Made by a program: the position numbers and the translations under genes | Origin: Candidatus Kerfeldbacteria bacterium | GTDB lineage: Bacteria; Patescibacteriota; Patescibacteriia; UBA9570; XYC2-FULL-38-9 | Reading direction: 5' to 3' | Assembly (NCBI GenBank): GCA_043813585.1 | Contig: JBDRKW010000020.1 | Coordinates: forward strand, 1,185-65,184 | Length of the DNA: 64,000 nucleotides | The notes under the pieces: generated by a model | Databases searched by the model: none | Told to the model about the DNA's origin: nothing | The model's input: only the letters and a program-made list of their open reading frames with translations | In this document: positions 45,090 through 54,836 of the stretch, one piece after another | Layout: the number at the start of each line of letters is the position of its first letter | Numbering within the stretch: the first letter of the stretch is position 1

Positions 45090-46033
45090 CTGGCGTCGTC
45101 TGGAGCCGATGTTTTGGAAATACGCTTAATGCTGTAGGGCATGTGCTTTTTTCTGTGATACGTTCGTATGCCGATGTCGGCAAGGATACCGGAGACGAAA
45201 AATTGCACGCCCAGTACAACGCAGAGCACTGCCACGAGCGGGAGGTTGGAATTTGCGAGTCCCTGAGCGAGGAAGAACCAGCGCACGGCCAGAAACGCGG
45301 CCAACGCGACGCCGCAAAAAATCAGGATCATGCCGAGTCCGCCAAACAGGTGGAGCGGGCGGGCGGAATACCGGCGCCAGAACCAGACGGCAAGCATGTC
45401 AATAAAGCCTTTGACAACGCGCTTCCAGTTGTATTTCGTGGTGCCGTGCCGGCGCGCGCGGTGCTCAACAACAGCTTCGCCAACCGTGAACCCGGACCAT
45501 CCGAGCACGGCAGGGATAAACCGGTGCATTTCGCCGAACAGGTCAACATCTTCAAAACATTCCCTCCGGTATATTTTCAGTGAACAGCCGGAATCATGGA
45601 TATGGTCTTTTACCAACAGGTTTCTCATTCTGTACGCGCCTCGGGAAACAATGCGCTTGAAGAACGGGTCCTGGCGGTGTTTCCGCCAGCCGCTGACAAT
45701 ATCAAAATCACCCTGTTTCTGGACCTCGATCAGTTTTGGTATCTCCGACGGCGGATTTTGACCGTCTCCGTCCAGCGTGATGAAGAACTCACCGGCTGCG
45801 TGCTTGAACGCCGCATCCATTGCCGCGGTTTGCCCGAAGTTCTTCCGCATCTGGATGATGGTGAGCGGTGATAGGGTGCGCATGACCTCCACAGTGTTAT
45901 CGTCGCTTCCGTCATCGATAAAAATGATTTCATATGGTTCGCCGATGGAGTTCATCGTCTCCGTGATTTCCCGGTGAAGGGGAGCAATGTTTTCCGATTC
46001 GTTGTAGACCGGAACAATAATGGAATATTTCAT
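45086..46033 (-). CDS. glycosyltransferase family 2, polyprenol-phosphate sugar transferase (GtrB/ArnC/DPM-synthase-like) with C-terminal TM helices
   Basis: The start was re-assigned to MKYSIIVPV. The protein has VPVYNESENI..IIFIDDGSDDNT and two C-terminal TM helices (LGMILIFCGVALAAFLAV; LPLVAVLCVVLGVQFFVSGIL). Confidence 0.8.
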   Translation of the reverse strand: MKYSIIVPVYNESENIAPLHREITETMNSIGEPYEIIFIDDGSDDNTVEVMRTLSPLTIIQMRKNFGQTAAMDAAFKHAAGEFFITLDGDGQNPPSEIPKLIEVQKQGDFDIVSGWRKHRQDPFFKRIVSRGAYRMRNLLVKDHIHDSGCSLKIYRRECFEDVDLFGEMHRFIPAVLGWSGFTVGEAVVEHRARRHGTTKYNWKRVVKGFIDMLAVWFWRRYSARPLHLFGGLGMILIFCGVALAAFLAVRWFFLAQGLANSNLPLVAVLCVVLGVQFFVSGILADIGIRTYHRKKHMPYSIKRISKTSAPDDAS

Positions 46034-46034
46034 A

Positions 46035-46997
46035 TTAGAATGGGCTATTTTGGCGTTGTTTTTTATACCAGGCAATAAATTTGGTTAGGCCGGCTTCCAG
46101 ATCGGTGGTCGGCTCCCAGCCCAGCAGCTTTTTTGCCTTGGAAACATCGGCAAACGTTTTTTTTACGTCGCCGGGCTGCAGCGGGTGCTCTTCGATTACG
46201 GCTTTTTTATCGCATACCTTTTCAAACATGGCAATATAATCATTCAGCGTCACCGAGTTCGAATTGCCGAGGTTGATGATCTCATAGCTGAGCTTTTTCC
46301 CGATGCACGCAATTACGCCGTCTGCGATGTCATCGATATAGGTGAAGTCGCGCTCCATAGATCCGTCGCCGTACCGGCGAACCGGTTTTCCGTTGAGCAC
46401 CATGTCGGCAAACAGGTACGGGGACATGTCCGGGCGGCCGCGCTCGCCATAGACGGTGAAAAAGCGGAGGCCGATGCAGTTCATGCCATACAGGTGATGG
46501 TAGGTATACGCGATCAGTTCGCAGGATTTTTTTGATGCCGCATACGGGGAGATCGGATGGTCGACCGGATCGCTTTCAGAAAACGGCGTTTTTTCCTGAT
46601 TACCGTACACTGATGAAGAAGAGGCGAAGATGAAATCATGCACGCCGAACTCTTTCGCCAGTTCAAGCAGGTTGTAGGTCCCTTCGATATTCACTTTCTG
46701 CGCTGTCAGCGGATGCTCGATGGAAACACGGACGCCGGCCTGCGCGGCCAGATGAATAATCACGTCGATATCATTGTTTAGGAATAGTTTCCGCAGTTCA
46801 TCAAGATCGGTAATGTCCGTGCGACTGAGCAGGTACCGCGGATTATCCAGATGGTGGGCGATATTGTATTCCTTGAACGCGGGATTGTAGTAATCAGAAA
46901 AATTATCAACGGCAATGACCGTATGATCCAGATTAATGAGCCGGTCTGCCACGTGCGAGCCGATAAAGCCCGCGGCACCTGTAACTAATACATTCAT
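46035..46997 (-). CDS. NAD-dependent nucleotide-sugar epimerase (extended SDR, UDP-GlcA/UDP-Glc 4-epimerase-like)
   Basis: The protein has GAAGFIGSHVADRL and a YAASKKSCE (YxxxK) motif. Confidence 0.8.
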   Translation of the reverse strand: MNVLVTGAAGFIGSHVADRLINLDHTVIAVDNFSDYYNPAFKEYNIAHHLDNPRYLLSRTDITDLDELRKLFLNNDIDVIIHLAAQAGVRVSIEHPLTAQKVNIEGTYNLLELAKEFGVHDFIFASSSSVYGNQEKTPFSESDPVDHPISPYAASKKSCELIAYTYHHLYGMNCIGLRFFTVYGERGRPDMSPYLFADMVLNGKPVRRYGDGSMERDFTYIDDIADGVIACIGKKLSYEIINLGNSNSVTLNDYIAMFEKVCDKKAVIEEHPLQPGDVKKTFADVSKAKKLLGWEPTTDLEAGLTKFIAWYKKQRQNSPF

Positions 46998-47063
46998 GAA
47001 AAACGCCGTTTTACCAATAAAAGCAGCGGTTACTATACCATAGATCGCTCCACAGTCAATGAG

Positions 47064-47092
47064 TTGAACAGTGGCGAAAGGCCTGATATACT
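47064..47092 (+). promoter_or_regulatory. sigma70-like promoter (TTGAAC-N17-TATACT)
   Basis: The hexamers are at 47064-47069 and 47087-47092, 10 nt upstream of the ATG at 47102. Confidence 0.5.
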
Positions 47093-47101
47093 GATTGCGC
47101 T

Positions 47102-48580
47102 ATGAAATGGGAATTTTCGGTTGTACCAGTGGCAAAAGCGATTCTGTTCGCTCTGCCGTTTGTCGTACTTATCTGGCTTCTGGGCCAGTATTTTTCTTTT
47201 TTCGGCGAGTTGAGCGTGACTCATGATTTCAGGTATAAGTCGCCGGTGATCGGCGAATTCCAGCCGGTTGGACGCGCGTTGGACCGCGAGAAAAATTTGA
47301 AAACAGGGGATGCGGTGCAGCGCATTGTCGGCGATCCGGTTTATTTTTCGGCAACAGTGCCGCGGTCGTTTGATTCTGTTGATCTTGAGCTCGGCTACGC
47401 CAACCCGGATCAGCAGCTCATTGAACTGGGCATTGTCACCAGCGAAGAGCCGTGGAACGTTCGCCTGTACCAGTTCGAGAATAAAGTTATCGATGAGGCA
47501 ATGGCGGAGTGGGAGTCAGTCGAAAGCAACGGCACTGTTCTGCTGCAGCGCGAACCGACATTTGGATCTGTTGAAGAATTCACAGCCAACCTTCCGCTTG
47601 AGAAGCGTATAGGAACGCAAAACGTTACTCTGGAGTATGAATACCGCGATGATTTGTATGAAGTTCAGGAGGAAGATCTGCTGATTGACCGAATGCTGCG
47701 CGGCCGCCACGAGTTTTTGGTGTACGGCGGGGGAGAGGATATTCACATCGAATTCGACATCGCCGATCTCAATACTGAAGACGGCGAGGATCCGGTGAAG
47801 ATTGAAATCCATAAGGACGGCGTACTGATCCATGAAGAGCTGCTGCCGGACGACGGCGTCACCGACGCAAGTTCCGGCGTTTTGCCGGTGCGGACGTTGG
47901 CGGTGAATATTCCTGCGCCCGGCGAAGGGCTGTTCCGCATTGTCGCATCAGTGAACAACGACATTGTCATCAAGCAAATCCGAACCCGCCAGCACAAATT
48001 TGTCATGAACAAGAATGCATACATCATCAATAACGCAGAATACGATGAGCTCGGCAGTTTCAATACCGATCCGACGTCGCTGGTGTTCCAGGGCCGCAAG
48101 CTGATGCTGCGCACGGAACATTCAACCGGCGTGCAGACAGCGGAGATTGACGGCAGCCCATTTGCAGTCGAAGAGGTGAATACCCCATTCTGGTGGGACC
48201 AAGACGAGCCGAAGCAGTGTCATTCACTTACTCTGCCGAAAAACGATCTCGTTTTGTCGACAACCGGCGTATTCGCGTTTTCTCCGGAAAGTTTCTTTGA
48301 TCCGGATTATTTCATTGACGAGGTTGATGAAACTACTTCAATTGACGATTTTGATTACATTATCGTGCGCGACTATCTTTCCCCGGCAACCGACGCTGAA
48401 GGAATGCGGCAGTCGGTTCATATCCCGCTGGATGGCGTTGCCGGCGACAGGAAAGAGCTGCTGTTCGTTCTATCGGCACCGGGGATAGAGCGCAACCATT
48501 ACACGCTCCAGCTGCACGAAATTAACCTGCTGTTCCACCGCGAGCCGCTCACGACGCGAATAACTGATTTCTTCAAATAG
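47102..48580 (+). CDS. hypothetical membrane-anchored extracytoplasmic protein
   Basis: The protein has an N-terminal TM helix (AILFALPFVVLIWLLG) and a 460-aa domain with no recognised motif. It sits at the distal edge of the glycosylation island. Confidence 0.5.
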   Translation: MKWEFSVVPVAKAILFALPFVVLIWLLGQYFSFFGELSVTHDFRYKSPVIGEFQPVGRALDREKNLKTGDAVQRIVGDPVYFSATVPRSFDSVDLELGYANPDQQLIELGIVTSEEPWNVRLYQFENKVIDEAMAEWESVESNGTVLLQREPTFGSVEEFTANLPLEKRIGTQNVTLEYEYRDDLYEVQEEDLLIDRMLRGRHEFLVYGGGEDIHIEFDIADLNTEDGEDPVKIEIHKDGVLIHEELLPDDGVTDASSGVLPVRTLAVNIPAPGEGLFRIVASVNNDIVIKQIRTRQHKFVMNKNAYIINNAEYDELGSFNTDPTSLVFQGRKLMLRTEHSTGVQTAEIDGSPFAVEEVNTPFWWDQDEPKQCHSLTLPKNDLVLSTTGVFAFSPESFFDPDYFIDEVDETTSIDDFDYIIVRDYLSPATDAEGMRQSVHIPLDGVAGDRKELLFVLSAPGIERNHYTLQLHEINLLFHREPLTTRITDFFK

Positions 48581-48582
48581 GA

Positions 48583-48813
48583 ATGAGTACTCTCAAGAAA
48601 CAATGCATTTTTTACACCGAACAGCTGCTGCCGTTTGCGTTCAGGCTGCTCCTGGTGTGGTATGTTATTGCAGTATTGCTGGAAGTCATATTTCCCGGTT
48701 TCATATCGCTGTCGATCAACCTTGATCTATTTCTTTGGATTGTTATAATTGTTGCGGTTTTTTCTTTTAGTTTAGAACGTCGAATCCGCGCTAACCAGAA
48801 TAGGCAAACATGA
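48583..48813 (+). CDS. small hypothetical membrane protein (2 TM)
   Basis: The ORF is 76 aa, with hydrophobic segments FAFRLLLVWYVIAVLL and LFLWIVIIVAVFSF. It is tightly packed between neighbouring genes. Confidence 0.35.
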   Translation: MSTLKKQCIFYTEQLLPFAFRLLLVWYVIAVLLEVIFPGFISLSINLDLFLWIVIIVAVFSFSLERRIRANQNRQT

Positions 48814-49883
48814 AAGCTTTGATCACTGCCGGAGGCCATGGCACGCGACTGCGTCCCATCACGTACTCCATGAATAAGCACCTGATTCCGATCGCGAACA
48901 AGCCGATGATTGTTCATGCACTCGAAAAGGTTGCAGAGGCGGGGATTAAGGAAGCCGCGATCAATGTCAACGAAGGAGACCATTCGATCCAGGAGGCGGT
49001 CGGCGACGGATCGCGCTGGGGCCTTAAAATTACCTGCATTGAACAGGTCGGTGGAGCGCTCGGACTCGGACATATCATAAAGAACGCGCAGGACTGGCTT
49101 GGTGATGATGATTTTGTTTTTTATCTCGGGGATAACATTATTTTAGGTTCAATAAAACCGTTTGTGGAAAATTTTAAAGCAAGCAAGGCAAACGGATATC
49201 TTGCGCTGTCAAAAGTGCCTGATCCAGAACGGTTTGGCGTGCCGGAGATCAACGAAAACGGTGAAATTGTCCGCGTGCTCGAAAAACCGGAGAACCCGCC
49301 GAGCGATTTTGCCGTCACAGGCATCTACTGCTACGACAAGAGCGTGCATGACGCGGTGAACAATACGAAACCGAGTGCGCGCGGCGAGCTGGAGATTTCT
49401 GACGTGCATACCTATATGATTGAAAACGGCGGTACGCTAAAATACGAGGTCGTGGAAGGCTGGTGGAAAGATACCGGAAAGCCAAGCGATCTTATTGAAG
49501 GGAACGCGCTCATGCTGGATACGCTGAATGCAAGCAATGAAGCCCGAACAGTTGACGATCGAGTTGTAATCGAAGGCGACGTTGAGATTATGGAAGGCGC
49601 GCAGCTCCTGGGCAGCACCTATTTGAAAGGACCGGTCAGCATCGGCCGCGGTGCAATCATCCGCGATAGCAGGATTTTACCGCATACGTCGGTCGGCCAT
49701 AACACGGAAGTGAGCGGGGCAGAGATCGAACGTGCTATTATAATGGACGAAGCGGACATCGACTGCGACAAGCGCATTGTCGACAGCATCATCGGCCATA
49801 ACGCGACGATCACGAACGCCCACGACACCAAGCCGAACGGCCATCGGATGATTATCGGCGAGAATGCCCAAGTAGAACTGTAA
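48810..49883 (+). CDS. rmlA: glucose-1-phosphate thymidylyltransferase, long form with a C-terminal left-handed beta-helix
   Basis: The N-terminus is ALITAGGHGTRLRPITYSMNKHLIPIANKPMI. The protein is 357 aa with C-terminal hexapeptide repeats. rmlC, rmlB and rmlD are nearby. Confidence 0.75.
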   Translation: MKALITAGGHGTRLRPITYSMNKHLIPIANKPMIVHALEKVAEAGIKEAAINVNEGDHSIQEAVGDGSRWGLKITCIEQVGGALGLGHIIKNAQDWLGDDDFVFYLGDNIILGSIKPFVENFKASKANGYLALSKVPDPERFGVPEINENGEIVRVLEKPENPPSDFAVTGIYCYDKSVHDAVNNTKPSARGELEISDVHTYMIENGGTLKYEVVEGWWKDTGKPSDLIEGNALMLDTLNASNEARTVDDRVVIEGDVEIMEGAQLLGSTYLKGPVSIGRGAIIRDSRILPHTSVGHNTEVSGAEIERAIIMDEADIDCDKRIVDSIIGHNATITNAHDTKPNGHRMIIGENAQVEL

Positions 49884-49898
49884 ATTAAACATATTTCC

Positions 49899-50843
49899 AT
49901 GAACATCGTACTCACAGGATCACTGGCCATCGACCGTATTATGAGTTTTCCGGGCCATTTTAAGGAGCATATCCTGCCGGACAGCATCCACGCCATCAAC
50001 GTATCGTTTAATATTGACCGGCTGGAGGAAAAGCGCGGCGGAACTGCGGGAAATATCGCGTATACATTAAAATTGCTGGATAAGAAGCCGAAGATTGTTG
50101 CGGCTGCAGGGAACGACTTCAACTTGTATATGGACTATATGAAAGGCCTGGGTCAGGATGTAAGCGGCATCGAAGAGCAGGAAGACCTGACTACAGCCAG
50201 CGCCTATATCATGACAGACCGCGACGACAACCAGATTACCGCGTTTTTCATGGGAGCGATGGCGCGCGAGACGCATTTTGACATGACCACGCTGAACAAG
50301 AAAGATTCTATCGTCATGCTGTCGCCGGGGAACAAAAGTGATATGCTCAGGTATTCAGCAGAATGCAAAATAGCCGGTGTGAAATACGTGTTTGATCCGG
50401 GCCAGACGCTGCCGTTTATAGAACCGGATGAAATCAAAACGCTATTGGACGGCTCGTATATGATGATGGTGAATGATTATGAACTGCAGATGATCATGAA
50501 GCGTACCGGGCTTAGCCGCGGCGATGTGGAGTCAATGACCGAAATGCTCGTCGTTACGCTTGGAAAAGAAGGATCAACCATCACGACGAACAATATCACA
50601 GTTGAAGTCCCTGTCTGCAAGGTGGAGGATATGAAAGACCCGACCGGAGCAGGCGACGCCTACCGCGCGGGATTCCTGACTGGCCTGGACAACAACCTGG
50701 ACCTGGACGTGGTCGGCCGCGTTGCGGCAACGACAGCAGCATATGCGTGCGAGCACTACGGCACCCAGGAGCATAATTTCTCATTAGATGAATTCTGTGC
50801 ACGGTTTAAAAAGAATTTTTCTCAATCGTGTCCAATAATATAA
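49899..50843 (+). CDS. PfkB-family carbohydrate/nucleoside kinase (candidate adenosine kinase)
   Basis: The C-terminal motif DPTGAGDAYRAGFLTG is the PfkB anion-hole/catalytic Asp. The adjacent ahcY suggests an adenosine substrate. Confidence 0.7.
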   Translation: MNIVLTGSLAIDRIMSFPGHFKEHILPDSIHAINVSFNIDRLEEKRGGTAGNIAYTLKLLDKKPKIVAAAGNDFNLYMDYMKGLGQDVSGIEEQEDLTTASAYIMTDRDDNQITAFFMGAMARETHFDMTTLNKKDSIVMLSPGNKSDMLRYSAECKIAGVKYVFDPGQTLPFIEPDEIKTLLDGSYMMMVNDYELQMIMKRTGLSRGDVESMTEMLVVTLGKEGSTITTNNITVEVPVCKVEDMKDPTGAGDAYRAGFLTGLDNNLDLDVVGRVAATTAAYACEHYGTQEHNFSLDEFCARFKKNFSQSCPII

Positions 50844-50865
50844 ATAAATAATTTTAACTTACAGC

Positions 50866-52122
50866 ATGAAGTACGATGTGAAAGATTTAAAGCTCGCCCC
50901 GCTCGGCAAACAAAAGATTGAGTGGGCCGAGTCGCAGATGGATGTCCTCCGCGGTATCCGCAACCGTTTTATCAAACAGAAGCCGCTGAAAGGGGTGCGC
51001 ATTGCCGCATGTCTTCATGTGACGACTGAAACAGCCGTTTTGGCGCAGACTCTAAAAGCAGGCGGCGCAGATGTAACGCTTGTTGCGTCAAATCCGCTAA
51101 GCACGCAGGACGAGACTGCTGCCGCGCTGGTGAAGCACTATGGAATTTCGGTTAATGCCATTCGGGGTGAAGACCGCGTGACGTATTACAAACACCTCAA
51201 CATGGCCATAGACAAGAAGCCGCACATCACCATGGATGACGGTGCAGATTTAGTGTCGCTTCTGCATGGCAAACGCAAGAAAGATTCAGGAGAGGTATGG
51301 GGTTCCACCGAAGAGACAACCACCGGAGTCATCCGCCTGAAAGCGATGGAACGCGAAGGCAAGCTGCTGTTCCCGGCTATCGCGGTAAATGATTCCAAGA
51401 CCAAGCATTTCTTTGATAACCGTTACGGAACCGGCCAATCTACGATTGACGGCATCATCCGCGCAACCAACATGCTTCTGGCTGGAAAGAATATCGTTAT
51501 CGCCGGATATGGCTGGTGCGGCCGCGGCGTGGCCAACCGCGCACGCGGCATGGGAGCGCGCGTTGTCGTCACGGAAGTGGATCCAATGGTTGCCCTTGAG
51601 GCGATCATGGACGGCTTTACCGTCATGCCGATGATTAAGGCGTGCGTTCATGCAGACGTCATTGTTACGCTGACGGGCAATATGCACGTTATCGACAGGC
51701 AGCACTTCCTGAAGATGAAAGACGGCTGCGTTGTGGCAAATTCCGGTCACTTTGATATCGAAATCAACCTTGTTGCATTGAAAAAACTTTCAGTATCCAA
51801 ACGGGAAGTCCGCCCATTCACGGTCGAATACAAGCTGAAGAGCGGCAAGAAGGTCCGTGTACTGGGCGACGGCCGGCTGATCAACCTTGCCTCTGCCGAG
51901 GGACACCCGGCTTCCGTTATGGACATGAGCTTCGCAAACCAGGCGCTTGCTGCAGAATATATTGCAAAGAACCATGAATCCATGGTACCAAAGGTCTATT
52001 CATTGCCTGAAGAAATGGATAATAAGATTGCGGAGCTGAAGCTCAGGAGCATGAAGATCACGCTCGATACGCTGACGCCAGAACAGCAGGAATACCTTTC
52101 ATCTTGGCAGGTAGGAACATAA
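50866..52122 (+). CDS. ahcY: S-adenosyl-L-homocysteine hydrolase
   Basis: The protein is 418 aa with an NAD-binding GYGWCGRGVANRARGMGARVVVTEVDP and a conserved N-terminus (LGKQKIEWAESQM). Confidence 0.9.
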   Translation: MKYDVKDLKLAPLGKQKIEWAESQMDVLRGIRNRFIKQKPLKGVRIAACLHVTTETAVLAQTLKAGGADVTLVASNPLSTQDETAAALVKHYGISVNAIRGEDRVTYYKHLNMAIDKKPHITMDDGADLVSLLHGKRKKDSGEVWGSTEETTTGVIRLKAMEREGKLLFPAIAVNDSKTKHFFDNRYGTGQSTIDGIIRATNMLLAGKNIVIAGYGWCGRGVANRARGMGARVVVTEVDPMVALEAIMDGFTVMPMIKACVHADVIVTLTGNMHVIDRQHFLKMKDGCVVANSGHFDIEINLVALKKLSVSKREVRPFTVEYKLKSGKKVRVLGDGRLINLASAEGHPASVMDMSFANQALAAEYIAKNHESMVPKVYSLPEEMDNKIAELKLRSMKITLDTLTPEQQEYLSSWQVGT

Positions 52123-52140
52123 ATCGCTTAACACACCATT

Positions 52141-52695
52141 ATGAAACCGCTGTCACAAGACGACATAGCAAAAGAGGTTCGTAAGGACTACAACGTTCAG
52201 GATTATTCCAAGAAACCTGTTATTGAAGGAGTTGAGCTGAACAAGCTGCAGTCGTTTAGTGATGACGGCGGTTACTTTGTTGAGCTATCACGTTTCGTCA
52301 ACGAACGGCTAAAGGAGTTTCAGGATTTCTCAATCGAGCAGATGAATTTCTCGCAGATGCTGCCGGGCGTAGTGAAAGCCGCGCACCTGCATCTGAAACA
52401 GGAAGACATCTGGTTTGTACCGCTTTCTGATCGATTACTCGTCGGCCTGATGGACTGCCGTGAAGACTCACCAACTAAGGGTGAAAAAATGCGATTTGTC
52501 ATGGGTGGCGGCAGGGCTGAATTGCTCTATATCCCGCGCGGCGTTGCGCATGGTGCTGCAAACCTGTGGGACAAGCCGGCACATGTCATCTATTTCGTGA
52601 ACAATCCATTTGATCCGGATCCGGAAAAGACAGACGAAGGACGTCTGCCGTGGGACACATTTGGCGAAGGGTTTTGGGAATTATCCAAGGAATAG
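52141..52695 (+). CDS. rmlC: dTDP-4-dehydrorhamnose 3,5-epimerase-like cupin
   Basis: The protein is 184 aa with a cupin fold pattern (FSDDGGYFVELSR). It lies directly upstream of rmlB. Confidence 0.65.
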   Translation: MKPLSQDDIAKEVRKDYNVQDYSKKPVIEGVELNKLQSFSDDGGYFVELSRFVNERLKEFQDFSIEQMNFSQMLPGVVKAAHLHLKQEDIWFVPLSDRLLVGLMDCREDSPTKGEKMRFVMGGGRAELLYIPRGVAHGAANLWDKPAHVIYFVNNPFDPDPEKTDEGRLPWDTFGEGFWELSKE

Positions 52696-52775
52696 TGCAT
52701 CAGGAGCATTGACGAATCACGTGAAATCAATACAATAAGGGCTGGCAATCAGCCCTTATTTTGTAACAATTACAG

Positions 52776-53783
52776 ATGAATATTCTTCTTACAGGCGGAG
52801 CCGGTTTCATGGGTTCCAATATGGTGCATTATTTACTGAGGCAATACCCGGAGTACAAGGTATTGAATTTTGATAAATTGACTTACGCTGGCAATCCGGC
52901 AAATGTGAAGAATATCGAAAAAAACCCCAACTACACCTTTATGCAGGGCGACATCGCAGACGAAGAAGGGGTGAACAAGGCCTTTGAAGAATTCAAGCCT
53001 GATGTGGTCATTAATTATGCGGCAGAAACGCATGTGGATCGTTCCATTCTGGACCCGAAAGCATTCCTGATGACCGATATTATCGGCACGTACACGCTGC
53101 TGGAAGCGATGCGCAAATACGGAACAAAGAAGATGGTGCAGATCTCTACCGACGAGGTGTTCGGGTCAATCGAGGAAGGAGCGTTTACGGAAACAAGTCC
53201 GTTTGAACCGAATAGTCCATACTCAGCGTCCAAAGCAGGAGGAGACCATCTTTGTCGTGCCTATTGGGTGACGTTTGAAACGCCGGTGGTCGTGACGCAC
53301 AGCTGCAACTTTTACGGTCCAAATCAATACCCTGAAAAGCTGATCCCGCTGTTCATCACGAATCTTATAGAGGGCAAGAAAGTTCCGGTATACGCAAAAG
53401 GGGAGAATGTCCGCGAGTGGATCTTTACCGAAGACCATTGCCGCGCGGTCGACCGTATTTTGCACGATGGTAAGCCGGGCGATGTCTACAACATCGGTAC
53501 CGGCAAAGAGCTGACCAATATGGAGATTACAAACATGATTCTGAAGGCGCTTGGTGTTGGTGAAGAGATGATCGAGTACGTTAAAGACCGTCCCGGCCAC
53601 GATTTCCGCTACGCCATCGACTGCAGCAAGCTTACGAATGATCTGGGCTGGAAACCGTCTGTCGAATTTGAAGAAGGCCTGCAGCAGACGATCGACTGGT
53701 ACAAGAACAACGAAGACTGGTGGAAGCCGCTCAAATCCGGCGAGTACATGGAGTACTACAAGAAGCAATACCAAGACCGTTAA
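52776..53783 (+). CDS. rmlB: dTDP-glucose 4,6-dehydratase
   Basis: The protein has GGAGFMGSNMVHYLL and YSASKAGGDHL (the YxxxK of RmlB). It is 335 aa. Confidence 0.85.
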   Translation: MNILLTGGAGFMGSNMVHYLLRQYPEYKVLNFDKLTYAGNPANVKNIEKNPNYTFMQGDIADEEGVNKAFEEFKPDVVINYAAETHVDRSILDPKAFLMTDIIGTYTLLEAMRKYGTKKMVQISTDEVFGSIEEGAFTETSPFEPNSPYSASKAGGDHLCRAYWVTFETPVVVTHSCNFYGPNQYPEKLIPLFITNLIEGKKVPVYAKGENVREWIFTEDHCRAVDRILHDGKPGDVYNIGTGKELTNMEITNMILKALGVGEEMIEYVKDRPGHDFRYAIDCSKLTNDLGWKPSVEFEEGLQQTIDWYKNNEDWWKPLKSGEYMEYYKKQYQDR

Positions 53784-53802
53784 TATTCGTTCGCTTCATC
53801 CC

Positions 53803-53885
53803 TTCAGAATGTTTGCACCGCGTGCTATTCTCGACTCCGCTCGACGCACGCTACGTGCAAACATTCTCGCAGGGATTCGCGAATG
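53803..53885. repeat. structured inverted-repeat element, copy 2
   Basis: The outer stem is GAATGTTTGCAC...GTGCAAACATTC, a different sequence from copy 1 but also perfectly complementary. The core matches copy 1 at 34 of 36 positions. A second long hairpin (CGTATTGCTCG...GAGCAATACG) follows at about 53890-53960. Confidence 0.7.
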
Positions 53886-53978
53886 CCCGTAAGCGTATTG
53901 CTCGTACGAGCGATTGGCCCGCCAGGGTTGTCAGCGAGTGAGCAATACGCGTAGGGCATACGCAACTAACACGATAAT

Positions 53979-54836
53979 ATGATTAAGACTCCAATAGTCA
54001 TAACAGGCGCGAAAGGGATGCTGGGGCAGGATCTGGCACGGGTTTTTGCTGAATTCAGTCCTATTCCGTTGGATCGTGAAGAGTTGGATATTACGGATGC
54101 GGAGGCAGTGAAGAAAAAGTTCGAAGAGTTGAAGCCGGGAACGGTGATCAACGCGGCAGCATATAATGCAGTTGATGAAGCGGAAAATGATGGGGGAAAG
54201 CGGCTGGCAGACCTGGTCAATGCGAACGGACCGAAGAATCTTGCGGAGGCGTGTAAAACAATAGGCGCAACATTCGTGCATTACAGTACGGATTATGTTT
54301 TTGATGGTGAGAACCAGGCAGGATATACGGAAGACGATGAACCAAAGCCTCAAAGTGCCTATGCTTTATCCAAGCGACTTGGAGAAGTGCACGCATTAGA
54401 GACAGAAGGAAATGTGTATATCGTCCGAACTTGTAAGTTATTCGGAAAACCTGGAGTGAGTGAAGCGGCTAAGGAGAGTTTTATTGAGCTGATGCTCCGT
54501 CTGGCACAAGAGAAAGATGAACTGCAAGTGGTTGACGAGGAACTCGCGTCACCGACTTACACGCCAGACCTGGCGCAGCAGACAAAAGTATTACTGGAAG
54601 GGGATTATGAACCAGGGATTTACCATATTACGAACTCCGGTGCCTGCACTTGGTATAGGTTTGCCCAGGAAATATTCGAACAGTCGGGTATCGAGATTAA
54701 ACTTAAGAAAGTTAAAGCAGAGGATTTCCCGAGGCCGGCGGCACGTCCAAAATATTCCATTTTGCTGAATACAAAACTGCCTCGCATGCGTTCATGGGAG
54801 CAGGCATTGGCTGATTATCTTAAGCAGCGCAATTAA
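53979..54836 (+). CDS. rmlD: dTDP-4-dehydrorhamnose reductase
   Basis: The N-terminus is ITGAKGMLGQDL. The protein is 285 aa with a YxxxK motif (YALSKRLGE). Confidence 0.8.
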   Translation: MIKTPIVITGAKGMLGQDLARVFAEFSPIPLDREELDITDAEAVKKKFEELKPGTVINAAAYNAVDEAENDGGKRLADLVNANGPKNLAEACKTIGATFVHYSTDYVFDGENQAGYTEDDEPKPQSAYALSKRLGEVHALETEGNVYIVRTCKLFGKPGVSEAAKESFIELMLRLAQEKDELQVVDEELASPTYTPDLAQQTKVLLEGDYEPGIYHITNSGACTWYRFAQEIFEQSGIEIKLKKVKAEDFPRPAARPKYSILLNTKLPRMRSWEQALADYLKQRN

